A DNA stretch of 64,000 bases, taken from positions 1,771 through 65,770 of the forward strand of contig DATKMW010000063.1 of assembly GCA_035541675.1 (NCBI GenBank). Reading direction: 5' to 3'. The translations under genes were made by a program, and so were the position numbers. The stretch is from Anaeromyxobacter sp. (GTDB lineage: Bacteria; Myxococcota; Myxococcia; Myxococcales; Anaeromyxobacteraceae). The notes beneath the pieces are model-generated. The model was not told where the DNA came from. It saw only the letters and a list, made by a program, of their open reading frames with translations, and searched no databases. Below are positions 46,544-56,980 of this stretch, one piece after another; position 1 is the first letter of the stretch, and each line of letters starts with the position of its first letter.

Positions 46544-47941
46544 GTGGATGCCGCCCTCGCCGACCTCGCCGGCCTGCTGCGCCTGAACGGCGTACCCGTC
46601 TCGCCGGCGGAGGTGGCCGACGCCGTGTCGGCGGCGGCGCTGGTCGGCCTCTCGGACCGGGCCGGGCTGCGGGCCGCGCTCCGGGCCACCTTGGTGAAGC
46701 GCGCCGCCGACGTCCCCACCTTCGACGCGCTCTTCGACCACCACTTCGCCGGCGCCGGCCGGCTCCTTTCGAAGGTCGAGCGGGGGGTCGTGGCTGCCCT
46801 GGAGGAGGGGGGGCTGCTGGCGGGGGAGGACCTGGCCCGGCTGGCGGCGGCCCTGGCCGAGCTCGCCCCGCGCCTCTCGCCGCTCGCCCGGGCGGCGCTG
46901 GAGGGCGACGGCCTGCGCCTCTCCCGCCTCCTCTGCCAGGCGGCGCTGCGGCTCGACGTGGCAGGGGCGACGCCGGCCGCATCGGGATTTCTGGCCCGGC
47001 GGCTCCTCTCGGCGGCCGGGGGGGCGGCGCTCTCGGAGGAGCTCTCGCGCCTGGAGGCGGGGATGCGCGAGCGCGGCCTCTCGCCCGAGGCGCTGCGGCT
47101 TCTCTCCGGCCGGCTCGAGGCGGCGCTGCGCGGCGTGGAGGAGGCGGCCCGCCGGGCGGCGGAGGAGCGGATCGGGGCGGCCACGCTGCGGCGGCGCGAG
47201 GAGGAGCGGCGGGGCGGGCTCGGCGCCTTGACCCGGGAGGAGGCGCTGCGGGTGGAGGCCGCGGTGCGCCGGCTGGCGGAGCGGCTCCTCACCCGGCTCA
47301 GGCGGAGGGAGCGGGCCGAGAGGCGGGGCCCGCTGGCGGTGCGCCGCACGCTGCGGCGGAACCTGGGGCTGGGCGGCGTCCCGGCCCGGCTCGTCTTCCG
47401 TCCCCGGCGCCCGCATCGGCCCGAGCTGGTGGTGCTGTGCGACGTCTCGGAGTCGGTCCGTCACGCCACCCGGCTCATGCTGCTCTTCCTCTACACGCTG
47501 CAGACGCTCTTCAGCCGGGTCCGCACCTTCGTCTTCGTCTCCGACCTCGCCGAGGTGACCTCCGCGCTGCGGGCCGAGCACGACCCGTCGCGGGCCGCGG
47601 GCCTGGCGGTGGCGGCCCGGGCGGTGAGCCTCAACCAGAACTCCAACGCCGGCCGGGCCCTGGCCACCCTGGAGCGCCACCATCGCGGGGCGGTGACCCG
47701 TAGGACCACCTTGCTGGTGATCGGCGACGGCCGGAACAATCACCACGCCCCGGAGGCCTGGGCGCTGCGGGAGCTGCGCCGCCGGGCCCGCCGGGTCCTG
47801 TGGATGTGCCCAGAACCGCGCCCGCTGTGGGGGAGCGGCGACAGCGATCTGCTGCTCTACGCGCCGCACTGCGACCGCATCGCCGAGGTCACCACCCTTT
47901 CCGACCTGGATGGGCTCGCCGACGCGCTCCTGCCGAGGTGA
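46544..47941 (+). CDS. CoxE-like VWA domain protein
   Basis: L..L....GVPVS.AE..D N-terminus; VRRTLR.NL; LCDVSESV (MIDAS); RTFVFVS; VIGDGRNN; W.CPEP...WGSGDS. Confidence 0.85.
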   Translation: MDAALADLAGLLRLNGVPVSPAEVADAVSAAALVGLSDRAGLRAALRATLVKRAADVPTFDALFDHHFAGAGRLLSKVERGVVAALEEGGLLAGEDLARLAAALAELAPRLSPLARAALEGDGLRLSRLLCQAALRLDVAGATPAASGFLARRLLSAAGGAALSEELSRLEAGMRERGLSPEALRLLSGRLEAALRGVEEAARRAAEERIGAATLRRREEERRGGLGALTREEALRVEAAVRRLAERLLTRLRRRERAERRGPLAVRRTLRRNLGLGGVPARLVFRPRRPHRPELVVLCDVSESVRHATRLMLLFLYTLQTLFSRVRTFVFVSDLAEVTSALRAEHDPSRAAGLAVAARAVSLNQNSNAGRALATLERHHRGAVTRRTTLLVIGDGRNNHHAPEAWALRELRRRARRVLWMCPEPRPLWGSGDSDLLLYAPHCDRIAEVTTLSDLDGLADALLPR

Positions 47942-47962
47942 GGTGGACGCCGACCGGCCGCC

Positions 47963-47991
47963 TTGCCCGGCGGGCCGCCTTCGCTTAGGTT
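47963..47991 (+). promoter_or_regulatory. Promoter of near-leaderless miaB
   Basis: TTGCCC-N17-TAGGTT, then 8 nt to GTG 48000. Confidence 0.68.
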
Positions 47992-47999
47992 CCGCCCTC

Positions 48000-49385
48000 G
48001 TGTCGGACCTCGTCTCGCTCGAGCGGCGGCGCGCCCCGCCCACCCTGGCCGGCCCTCCCGCCGGGAAGGTGTTCGTCCACACCTTCGGCTGCCAGATGAA
48101 CGAGGTCGACTCGCTGCGCATGACCGAGCTCCTGGCCCGTCACGCCTACGCCCCCGCGGCCACGCCCGAGGAGGCCGATGTCATCCTGGTGAACACCTGC
48201 GCCGTCCGGGAGAAGGCCGAGCAGAAGCTCCTCTCGGCGCTGGGGCGCTACCGCGAGGTGAAGGCGCGGCGCGGGGCGCTCATCGCCGTGGCCGGGTGCG
48301 TGGCCCAGCAGGAGAAGGACCGGCTCCTGGCACGGGTGCCCTACGTCGACTTCGTCTTCGGCCCGGACAACCTCTCCCGCCTCCCCGAGCTCCTGGTGCG
48401 CGCCCGGGCGCGGCAGCGGTTCGCCGAGACCGGCTGGATGCGGTCGGAGGAGTACGTCTTCCCCGCGGCCGAGCCGGAGGCAGCGCGGGGGCGGGCCACC
48501 GCCTTCGTCACCGTCATGAAGGGCTGCGACAACGTCTGCACCTTCTGCGTGGTGCCCCATACCCGTGGGCGAGAGGTCTCGCGGCCAGCGGCCGAGGTCC
48601 TGGCCGAGTGCTCCCGCCTGGCCGGGGTGGGGGTGCGCGAGGTGACCCTCATCGGCCAGAACGTGAACTCCTATCGCGGCGGCTGCACCTTTGCCGTGCT
48701 CCTGCGCCGGGTGGCGGAGGTCCCGGGGATCGCCCGGATCCGCTTCACCACCAGCCACCCGCACGACCTCTCCGACGAGCTGGTCGAGGCCTTCCGCGAC
48801 GAGCCCCGGGTGATGCCGCACTTCCACCTGCCGGTGCAGTCGGGCTCGGACCGGGTGCTGGCGCGGATGCGCCGGGACTACACCGTGGCCGGGTACCTGG
48901 AGCGATTCGATCGGCTGCGCGCGGCCCGGCCGGGCATCGCCGTGACCACCGACTTCATCGTCGGCTTCCCGGGCGAGACCGAGGAGGACTTCGAGGCCTC
49001 GCTGCAGCTCTTGGAGCGGGCCCGCTTCGAGCAGAGCTTCTCCTTCGCCTTCAGCGCCCGGCCCCACACCGCCGCCGCCCTGCGCCTGGGATCGTCGCCG
49101 GACTGGGCCGAGGTCCCGGCGGAGCTGGCCCGGGAGCGGCTGGCCAGGCTCCTCGAGGCCCAGCGCCGCATCGCCGCCGGTCACCTGGCCGGCGAGCGGG
49201 GGAGGGTGGTGGAGGTGCTGGTCGAGGGGCCGTCGGACGAGCCGGGGGAGCGGCTGGGCCGCACCCCGGAGAACCGGGTGGTGCACCTGAGGGCCCGCGA
49301 GGCAGAGGCACCGGCCGGGGCCCTGGTCAGGGTCCGCGTCACCCGCGCCGGCGCGAGCTCGCTCTCCGGCGAGCTCGCCGGCTGA
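48000..49385 (+). CDS. miaB: tRNA-2-methylthio-N6-dimethylallyladenosine synthase
   Basis: TFGCQMN, NTCAVRE, GCVAQ, CDNVCTFC, RFTTSHP, HLPVQSGS, DFIVGFPGETEEDF, TRAM C-terminus. Confidence 0.95.
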   Translation: MSDLVSLERRRAPPTLAGPPAGKVFVHTFGCQMNEVDSLRMTELLARHAYAPAATPEEADVILVNTCAVREKAEQKLLSALGRYREVKARRGALIAVAGCVAQQEKDRLLARVPYVDFVFGPDNLSRLPELLVRARARQRFAETGWMRSEEYVFPAAEPEAARGRATAFVTVMKGCDNVCTFCVVPHTRGREVSRPAAEVLAECSRLAGVGVREVTLIGQNVNSYRGGCTFAVLLRRVAEVPGIARIRFTTSHPHDLSDELVEAFRDEPRVMPHFHLPVQSGSDRVLARMRRDYTVAGYLERFDRLRAARPGIAVTTDFIVGFPGETEEDFEASLQLLERARFEQSFSFAFSARPHTAAALRLGSSPDWAEVPAELARERLARLLEAQRRIAAGHLAGERGRVVEVLVEGPSDEPGERLGRTPENRVVHLRAREAEAPAGALVRVRVTRAGASSLSGELAG

Positions 49386-49432
49386 GGGCCCGGCCCTCGC
49401 CGGGGGCCCCGCGTGGCTTCACCGCCGGCTCC

Positions 49433-49461
49433 TTGTCACCCCCCGGGTCGCGGGCTAGCAT
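49433..49461 (+). promoter_or_regulatory. Promoter of the near-leaderless gamma-CA gene
   Basis: TTGTCA-N17-TAGCAT, then 8 nt to ATG 49470. Confidence 0.72.
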
Positions 49462-49469
49462 CCGCGGCA

Positions 49470-50000
49470 ATGCCGATCGTGGCGAGCTTCGGGGGCGCCT
49501 CGCCCCGCCTGCACGGATCCGTGCTGGTCATGGAGGGGAGCACGGTGATCGGGGACGTGGAGATCGGCGAGGGCTCCTCGCTCTGGCCGGGCGCGGTGGT
49601 CCGGGGCGACGTCCACTCCATCCGCATCGGCGCGCGCACCAACCTCCAGGACCGGTCGGTGGTGCACGTCACCACCGACACCCATCCCACGGTCATCGGG
49701 GACGACGTCACCGTCGGTCACGGGGCCGTCCTCCACGGCTGCACGGTGCGGGAGCGTTGCCTGATCGGCATCGGGGCGGTGGTCCTGGACGGCGCGGTGG
49801 TGGGGCCGGACGCGCTGGTGGCGGCGGGCGCGCTGGTGCCGCCGGGCGCGGTGGTGCCGCCCGGCTCCCTGGCCATGGGCTCGCCCGCCCGGGTGGCGCG
49901 CCAGCTCACCGACAAGGAGCGCGCCCACCTCTTGGAGTCGGCGGCACGCTACGTCGAGCTCTCGGATCGGTATCGCGCCGAGGGATGGGGGAAGCGGTGA
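49470..50000 (+). CDS. Gamma carbonic anhydrase-like (YrdA/PaaY) hexapeptide-repeat protein
   Basis: VIGDVEIG, RGDV..IRIG..TNLQD..VVH, VTVGH.AVLHGC. Confidence 0.92.
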   Translation: MPIVASFGGASPRLHGSVLVMEGSTVIGDVEIGEGSSLWPGAVVRGDVHSIRIGARTNLQDRSVVHVTTDTHPTVIGDDVTVGHGAVLHGCTVRERCLIGIGAVVLDGAVVGPDALVAAGALVPPGAVVPPGSLAMGSPARVARQLTDKERAHLLESAARYVELSDRYRAEGWGKR

Positions 50001-50449
50001 GCGCGCAGGAGGTCCTCGAGCGCTGCGCCCTGTTCAAGGGCTTCACCGAGATCGGCCTGCGGCTCTTCGCCGGCATCGCCCAGGAGAAGTCCATCCCGGC
50101 CGGGGCCCCGCTGTTCGTGGAGAACATGGTGGGCGAGTCGCTCTTCATCGTGAAGAGCGGCACGGTCCGGATCAGCCAGCGGGTCGACGGCGCCGACCGG
50201 GAGATCCTGCTGGTGGGGCCGGGCGAGCACCTGGGTGGCCTGGCCATCCTCAGCAAGACCGTCCGGCTGGCCTCGGCGGTGGCGGTCACCCCCTGCGAGG
50301 TCTTGGAGCTGGCCCACCGCGACTTCATCCGCCTTCAGCCCGAGAAGCCGCAGGCCTGCCTCAAGCTGGCGCTGGCGCTGGCCGCCGACCTCGCGGCCCG
50401 GGCCGCCGAGAGCCGGGACCTGCTGCAACGCCTCGCCGCCCCTCGCTGA
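49997..50449 (+). CDS. Stand-alone cyclic-nucleotide-binding-domain protein
   Basis: LF.G......F, G..LF.E......LFIVKSG.V.I, GEHLGGLA, R.ASAVA; GTGA overlap with upstream stop. Confidence 0.8.
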   Translation: MSAQEVLERCALFKGFTEIGLRLFAGIAQEKSIPAGAPLFVENMVGESLFIVKSGTVRISQRVDGADREILLVGPGEHLGGLAILSKTVRLASAVAVTPCEVLELAHRDFIRLQPEKPQACLKLALALAADLAARAAESRDLLQRLAAPR

Positions 50450-50572
50450 ACCCGGGTGGGGTGGACGCCGCGCCCGGACTCCGGTACGAAGCTCGCCATC
50501 CGGTCCTGGCCGTGCCAGGGCCGCCGGGCGGCCTGGCGCCAGCCCGGCGCGGACGGGAGGCCTGGCGAACGG

Positions 50573-51316
50573 ATGCTCGAGCACCTGGTCGAGATGGTCG
50601 GAGGCCGCTCCCTCCACGTCGGCTACGCGTTCGTGTTCGCCGCCCTGGTGCTGTGCGGCTTCGGCCTGCCCCTCCCCGAGGACATCATCCTCGTGACCGG
50701 CGGGGTGCTGGCCTGGCTGGCTTCGCCCCTCGACGTGGCCACGCTCCGCGGCATGCTCGATGATCACGGGCTCATGGGGATGGCGGCGGTGGGCCTGGCC
50801 GGGATCCTGGCCGGGGACTCGGTCATCTTCCTGGCCGGGCGGCGCTTCGGCTTCCGCGTCGCCGACTTCCCCCCCCTCCGAAGGGTGGTGACTCCGGCCA
50901 AGCTGGAGAAGGTGGAGAAGCTGATGCGCCGGCGGGGCAACATCGTGGTGGTACTGGCCCGCTACCTGCCGGGCATCCGTGCCCCCACCTTCTTCACCGC
51001 CGGGCACGCGCGCCTGCCCTACTGGGAGTTCCTGCTCTTCGACGGCGTGGCCGCCCTGGTCTCGGCGCCGCTCTGGATCTGCCTGGGGTTCTACTTCGGA
51101 TCGGACATCGAGGCGGCGGCCCACCAGGCGCAGCGCTTCAGCCGCATCATCCTGGCGGCCATGGCGCTGGTGGTGGTGCTGCTGGCGGCCCGCTGGCTGC
51201 AGGCCCGCCGCGGCCAGGCCCCCGGCGGTGCCGGGCCCCCGAAGCGCCAGGAGGACGTCTACAGCTCGCGGCCGGAGATCCCGCGGCCGGGCGACGGGGA
51301 CGACCCGCTCGACTAG
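50573..51316 (+). CDS. DedA family membrane protein
   Basis: GLPLPEDIIL, GDSVIF.AGR.FG, ARYLPGIR, AG...L.Y..F. Confidence 0.88.
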   Translation: MLEHLVEMVGGRSLHVGYAFVFAALVLCGFGLPLPEDIILVTGGVLAWLASPLDVATLRGMLDDHGLMGMAAVGLAGILAGDSVIFLAGRRFGFRVADFPPLRRVVTPAKLEKVEKLMRRRGNIVVVLARYLPGIRAPTFFTAGHARLPYWEFLLFDGVAALVSAPLWICLGFYFGSDIEAAAHQAQRFSRIILAAMALVVVLLAARWLQARRGQAPGGAGPPKRQEDVYSSRPEIPRPGDGDDPLD

Positions 51317-53637
51317 CCCAGCTCGGTTCGCCCCAGGAGCCGGCGGAGGAAGCGGCGGACGGGGCCGGCGGCCTTGCCGGCGCGCGCCGGGGCGGGGGCC
51401 GGGGCGGGGAATCCGCCGGGCGGCGTGGTGGCCACCGGCCAGACGCCGGTCGCTCCCCGGGACAGGCCGTCGTCGAGCTTGCGCTTGGCCGCGGCCGGCC
51501 CCTCCTTGGCGGACATGACCACCTGCACCTTGCGGCCGGTGTTCAGCTCGCGGGCGGTCACGGTCAGCAGGCACTCCGCCCCCAGCTCGAAGGAGACGGC
51601 GATCTTCACCATGCCGCGGGGGCCGGAGGGGAGACCGGTGAGGCGCACCGTGCCCAGGTACTCGCACCCGGCCACGCGGGGGCTTTCCCCCTGCAGCACC
51701 ACCAGCTCGAAGTCGGTCTGGCCATCGCGGGTGGTGGTGAGCCCGTACTGCTTGCGCACCGGCAGCGGGGTGTTCCGCTCGATGATGGTCTTCACCCGGT
51801 CGCCAGGCAGGCCGATGCCGATGGACATGGGAAGCACGTCGATGAGCACCACGCCCTCGGCGCTCCCCAGCGAGTGGGCCAGGAGCGCCGCGCCCACCGC
51901 CACCGCCTCGTCGGGGTGGACGGCGCGGGAGGGCGGCCTGCCGAAGAAGGCCGCCACCCGCTCGTGCACCAGCGGCATGCGCGACTGCCCGCCCACCAGG
52001 AGCACCTCGTCGATGTCCTTCGGGGTGAGCCCCTTGGCGGCCAGCACCTCCTGGCAGACCTGGATGGTGCGGTCCACCAGCGGCGCCACCAGCTGCACCA
52101 CCTCGTCGCGGACCAGGGCCGTGTCCAGGGAGAGCGGGCGCCCCTCCTTCATGGCCAGGAAGGGGAGCTGGATGGGGAAGTCGGTGCGCTCGGAGAGGGC
52201 GCACTTGGCCCGCTCGGCGGCGTCGACCAGCCGGGAGAGCGCCACCCGGTCGCCTGAGAAGGGCTCGCCGGTCCTCTCCCGCCAGACCTCCAAGAGCCGC
52301 TCCACGATGCGGGCGTCGAAGTCCACGCCGCCCAAGAAGGTGTCGCCGCCGGTAGAGATCACCTCGAAGACGTTGTCGTTGAGCTCCAGGACCGAGGCGT
52401 CGAAGGTGCCGCCCCCCAGGTCGTAGACCAGGACCCGCTGGTTCACCCGCCGCCCGAAGGCGTAGGCCAGCGCCGCCGCGGTGGGCTCGTTGAGGATCCG
52501 CTCCACCTGGAAGCCGGCCAGGGCGCCGGCGTGGCGGACGGCGGCGCGCTGCCGCTCGTTGTAGTAGGCGGGGACGGTGATGACCGCGCGGTTCACCTCC
52601 TCGCCGACATGGTTCTGCGCCACCTCCTTCACCTCGCGAAGCACCAGCGCCGAGACCTGCTCCAGGGTGAGCACCTCCGGCCCGAGCTTCACCGCCGCCA
52701 GCCCGTCGGGGCCGGCCACGATCTCGTAGGCGAACTTGCTGCGGATGTCCTGCACCACCGGCGAGTCGTAGGCACGCCCCACCAGACGCTTGGCCCCCCA
52801 CACCGTCTGGCGCGGGTTGGTGAGGAGCTGGGCGCGGGCCAGGTGGCCGACCACGATCCTGTTGCGCGTGTTGAGCGCCACGATGGAGGGAACGGTGTTG
52901 TAGCCCTCGCGCGAGGGGATGACGTAGGGCTTGCCGTCCTTGACCACGGCGGCACAGGAGTTGGTGGTGCCGAGGTCGATGCCGACGATGGTCCGGGACG
53001 GCTTGGTCACCGGTACCGGCTCGGGGGGGAGGTCGATGGCCACCCGCGCCGGGCCGGCCGAGAGCTGCTCGATGCGGTGGGGCTGGGACAGGTCCGCCTG
53101 GGCGACCGCGCCCGGCTCGCCGCCGCGCGGGGCCCGCGGCGGCGCCGGGGCGGCGGGCGGGCCGTCCGCCGTGGCCGGGAGCGGGGGCGGCAGGGGCGAG
53201 GGGGCTCGCGTCGGCAGCGGGGTGACGGCGGGGCGGGCGGCCACCGGCGCGGGCGAGGCGACCCCGGGGGCGAGCCCGCGCCGCTCGCGCAGGGCGATCA
53301 TGCGCTCCACCACCCCCTGCGAGGAGGCGTCGAGCCGGGTGAAGTGGACGCCCATCCCGGGCGCCAGCGGAGGGAGCGCGCGCGCCGCGCTGTCCGGGGT
53401 CTGGACCCAGCGGACCTCTCCCTCGCCCCGGATCACCGTCTCGCCGGTGACCAGCCGGAGCTCCAGCGCCAGGGGCGTGCCCACCGGGCGCGGATCGCGG
53501 GTGCGGACGAACAGGCCACCGCGCGACATGTTGACCGCGTACCTCTCGACGAACTCGTCGACGCTGCCGTAGGAGAGCTTCACCAGCAGCCCGACCGGCT
53601 TCCGCTCGCCACCGCGTCTGTCGCCTGTCCCCTCCAC
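51313..53637 (-). CDS. PilZ (TIGR02266-type)-Hsp70/DnaK fusion protein (start uncertain)
   Basis: RGGER and NMSRGG in the PilZ domain; Pro/Ala linker; GIDLGTTNSC, NEPTAAALAY, YDLGGGTFD, LVGGQSRMP, PDEAVAVGAA; ends after the beta substrate-binding domain. Confidence 0.9.
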   Translation of the reverse strand: MEGTGDRRGGERKPVGLLVKLSYGSVDEFVERYAVNMSRGGLFVRTRDPRPVGTPLALELRLVTGETVIRGEGEVRWVQTPDSAARALPPLAPGMGVHFTRLDASSQGVVERMIALRERRGLAPGVASPAPVAARPAVTPLPTRAPSPLPPPLPATADGPPAAPAPPRAPRGGEPGAVAQADLSQPHRIEQLSAGPARVAIDLPPEPVPVTKPSRTIVGIDLGTTNSCAAVVKDGKPYVIPSREGYNTVPSIVALNTRNRIVVGHLARAQLLTNPRQTVWGAKRLVGRAYDSPVVQDIRSKFAYEIVAGPDGLAAVKLGPEVLTLEQVSALVLREVKEVAQNHVGEEVNRAVITVPAYYNERQRAAVRHAGALAGFQVERILNEPTAAALAYAFGRRVNQRVLVYDLGGGTFDASVLELNDNVFEVISTGGDTFLGGVDFDARIVERLLEVWRERTGEPFSGDRVALSRLVDAAERAKCALSERTDFPIQLPFLAMKEGRPLSLDTALVRDEVVQLVAPLVDRTIQVCQEVLAAKGLTPKDIDEVLLVGGQSRMPLVHERVAAFFGRPPSRAVHPDEAVAVGAALLAHSLGSAEGVVLIDVLPMSIGIGLPGDRVKTIIERNTPLPVRKQYGLTTTRDGQTDFELVVLQGESPRVAGCEYLGTVRLTGLPSGPRGMVKIAVSFELGAECLLTVTARELNTGRKVQVVMSAKEGPAAAKRKLDDGLSRGATGVWPVATTPPGGFPAPAPAPARAGKAAGPVRRFLRRLLGRTELG

Positions 53638-53647
53638 TGGTGCGGCG

Positions 53648-53677
53648 ATTATCCCTTCCGGGGTGGAAGGGGAGCAA
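53648..53677 (-). promoter_or_regulatory. Candidate promoter of PilZ-DnaK
   Basis: TTGCTC-N18-GATAAT, then 10 nt to GTG 53637. Confidence 0.5.
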
Positions 53678-53793
53678 GGAGAGCGTTCCCGGGACAGCCT
53701 GCGCCGCGGGCGGGGATCCGGCCCAGATCGCGAGCCCGCTGTCCCCACCTGCCCCACCGCGGCGCGGGTGTGCGCCGGGCGCGCCCACTCGCC

Positions 53794-55291
<1,498 letters not shown>

Positions 55292-55303
55292 GCGCGCCCC
55301 TCC

Positions 55304-56866
55304 ATGAGCGCCGACATCCACGCAGAGAGGATCCTCATCCTCGACTTCGGGTCGCAGTACACCCAGCTCATCGCCCGCCGGCTCCGCGAGCTGGGCGTCT
55401 ACTGCGAGATCCACCCCTGCACCGCGACGGTCGAGGCCATCCAGGCCTTTGCGCCGCGGGGGGTGATCCTCTCCGGCTCGCCCTCCTCGGTGACCGCCGA
55501 GGGCAGCCCCCGGGCCGACCGCTCCGTCTGGGCGCTGGGGGTGCCGGTGCTGGGCATCTGCTACGGTCTGCAGCTCATGGCCCACGAGCTGGGCGGCAAG
55601 GTGGGCGGGGCCGCCCACCGCGAGTACGGGCCGGCCACCGTCGACGTGAAGGGAGGCTCGCCGCTCTTCGCGGGGCTGCCCCCGCGGCTCGAGGTGTGGA
55701 TGAGCCACGGCGACCGGGTCGAGTCCATCCCGCCCGGGTTCGAGCCGGTGGCCTCCACGGCCAGCGCGCCCTTCGCGGCGGTGGAGGACGCGAGGCGGCG
55801 GTTCTACGCGGTCCAGTTCCACCCCGAGGTGGTCCACACCCCGCGGGGCAAGGACGTGCTGTGGAACTTCGCTCACCGGGTGTGCGGCCTCTCCGGCGCC
55901 TGGTCGATGCGGGCCTACGCCGAGGTGGCGGTGGAGCAGATCCGCGCCCAGGTCGGCGACGGCCAGGTGATCTGCGCCCTCTCCGGCGGGGTGGACTCGG
56001 CGGTGGCGGCACTGCTGGTGCACCGGGCCATCGGGGACCGGCTCCGCTGCATCTTCGTGGACAACGGGGTGCTGCGGGCCGGGGAGCGCCAGCAGGTCGA
56101 GGAGGTGTTCGGCAGGATGTTCCACCTGCCGCTGGTCACGGTGGACGCGTCGGCCCGCTTCCTCACCGCGCTGGCCGGGGTCACCGACCCGGAGCGCAAG
56201 CGCAAGATCATCGGGCGCGAGTTCATCGGGGTCTTCGAGGAGGAGGTGGAACGGCTGGCCGCACACGGCCAGCGGGCCCGCTTCCTGGTGCAGGGCACGC
56301 TCTACCCCGACGTGATCGAGTCGGTCTCCTTCAGGGGCCCCTCGGCCACCATCAAGAGCCATCACAACGTGGGGGGGCTGCCCGAGGTGATGAAGCTGGC
56401 CCTGGTGGAGCCGCTCCGCGAGCTCTTCAAGGACGAGGTGCGGCGCCTGGGCCAGGAGCTGGGGCTGCCGCCGGCCATCGTGCAGCGGCAGCCGTTTCCC
56501 GGCCCGGGGCTGGCCATCCGGGTGCTGGGCGAGGTCACCGCCGAGCGGCTGGAGATCCTGCGGCGCGCCGACTCCATCGTCCAGGCCGAGGTGCGCGCCG
56601 CCGGGCTCTACGAGCGGCTCTGGCAGGCGTTCGCGGTGCTCCTGCCGGTGCGGAGCGTCGGGGTGATGGGCGACGAGCGGACCTACGAGTCGGCCTGCGC
56701 CATCCGGGCGGTGGAGTCCACCGACGGCATGACCGGCGACTGGGCCCGGCTTCCCCATGAGCTGCTCGGTCGCCTCAGCTCGCGGATCATCAACGAGGTC
56801 CGCGGGATCAACCGGGTGGTGTACGACATCTCCTCGAAGCCGCCGGCCACCATCGAGTGGGAGTAG
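55304..56866 (+). CDS. guaA: GMP synthase (glutamine-hydrolysing)
   Basis: [57 protein letters not shown]. Confidence 0.97.
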   Translation: MSADIHAERILILDFGSQYTQLIARRLRELGVYCEIHPCTATVEAIQAFAPRGVILSGSPSSVTAEGSPRADRSVWALGVPVLGICYGLQLMAHELGGKVGGAAHREYGPATVDVKGGSPLFAGLPPRLEVWMSHGDRVESIPPGFEPVASTASAPFAAVEDARRRFYAVQFHPEVVHTPRGKDVLWNFAHRVCGLSGAWSMRAYAEVAVEQIRAQVGDGQVICALSGGVDSAVAALLVHRAIGDRLRCIFVDNGVLRAGERQQVEEVFGRMFHLPLVTVDASARFLTALAGVTDPERKRKIIGREFIGVFEEEVERLAAHGQRARFLVQGTLYPDVIESVSFRGPSATIKSHHNVGGLPEVMKLALVEPLRELFKDEVRRLGQELGLPPAIVQRQPFPGPGLAIRVLGEVTAERLEILRRADSIVQAEVRAAGLYERLWQAFAVLLPVRSVGVMGDERTYESACAIRAVESTDGMTGDWARLPHELLGRLSSRIINEVRGINRVVYDISSKPPATIEWE

Positions 56867-56868
56867 GT

Positions 56869-56884
56869 GGGCGGTTCTCCGCCC
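56869..56884 (+). terminator. Short hairpin after guaA
   Basis: gggcgg-ttct-ccgccc; no U-tract. Confidence 0.4.
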
Positions 56885-56930
56885 TGCGCCCCCCGTGAAC
56901 CTCGCCGGCCGCGGGGGTGGGCCGCGTCGT

Positions 56931-56958
56931 TTGCCCGGGGGACGATCGGGGCTATCAT
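56931..56958 (+). promoter_or_regulatory. Promoter of VWA lipoprotein 1
   Basis: TTGCCC-N16-TATCAT; SD ggagg precedes ATG 56981. Confidence 0.5.
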
Positions 56959-56980
56959 TGCCGCCGGAACGGAGGCTCCG

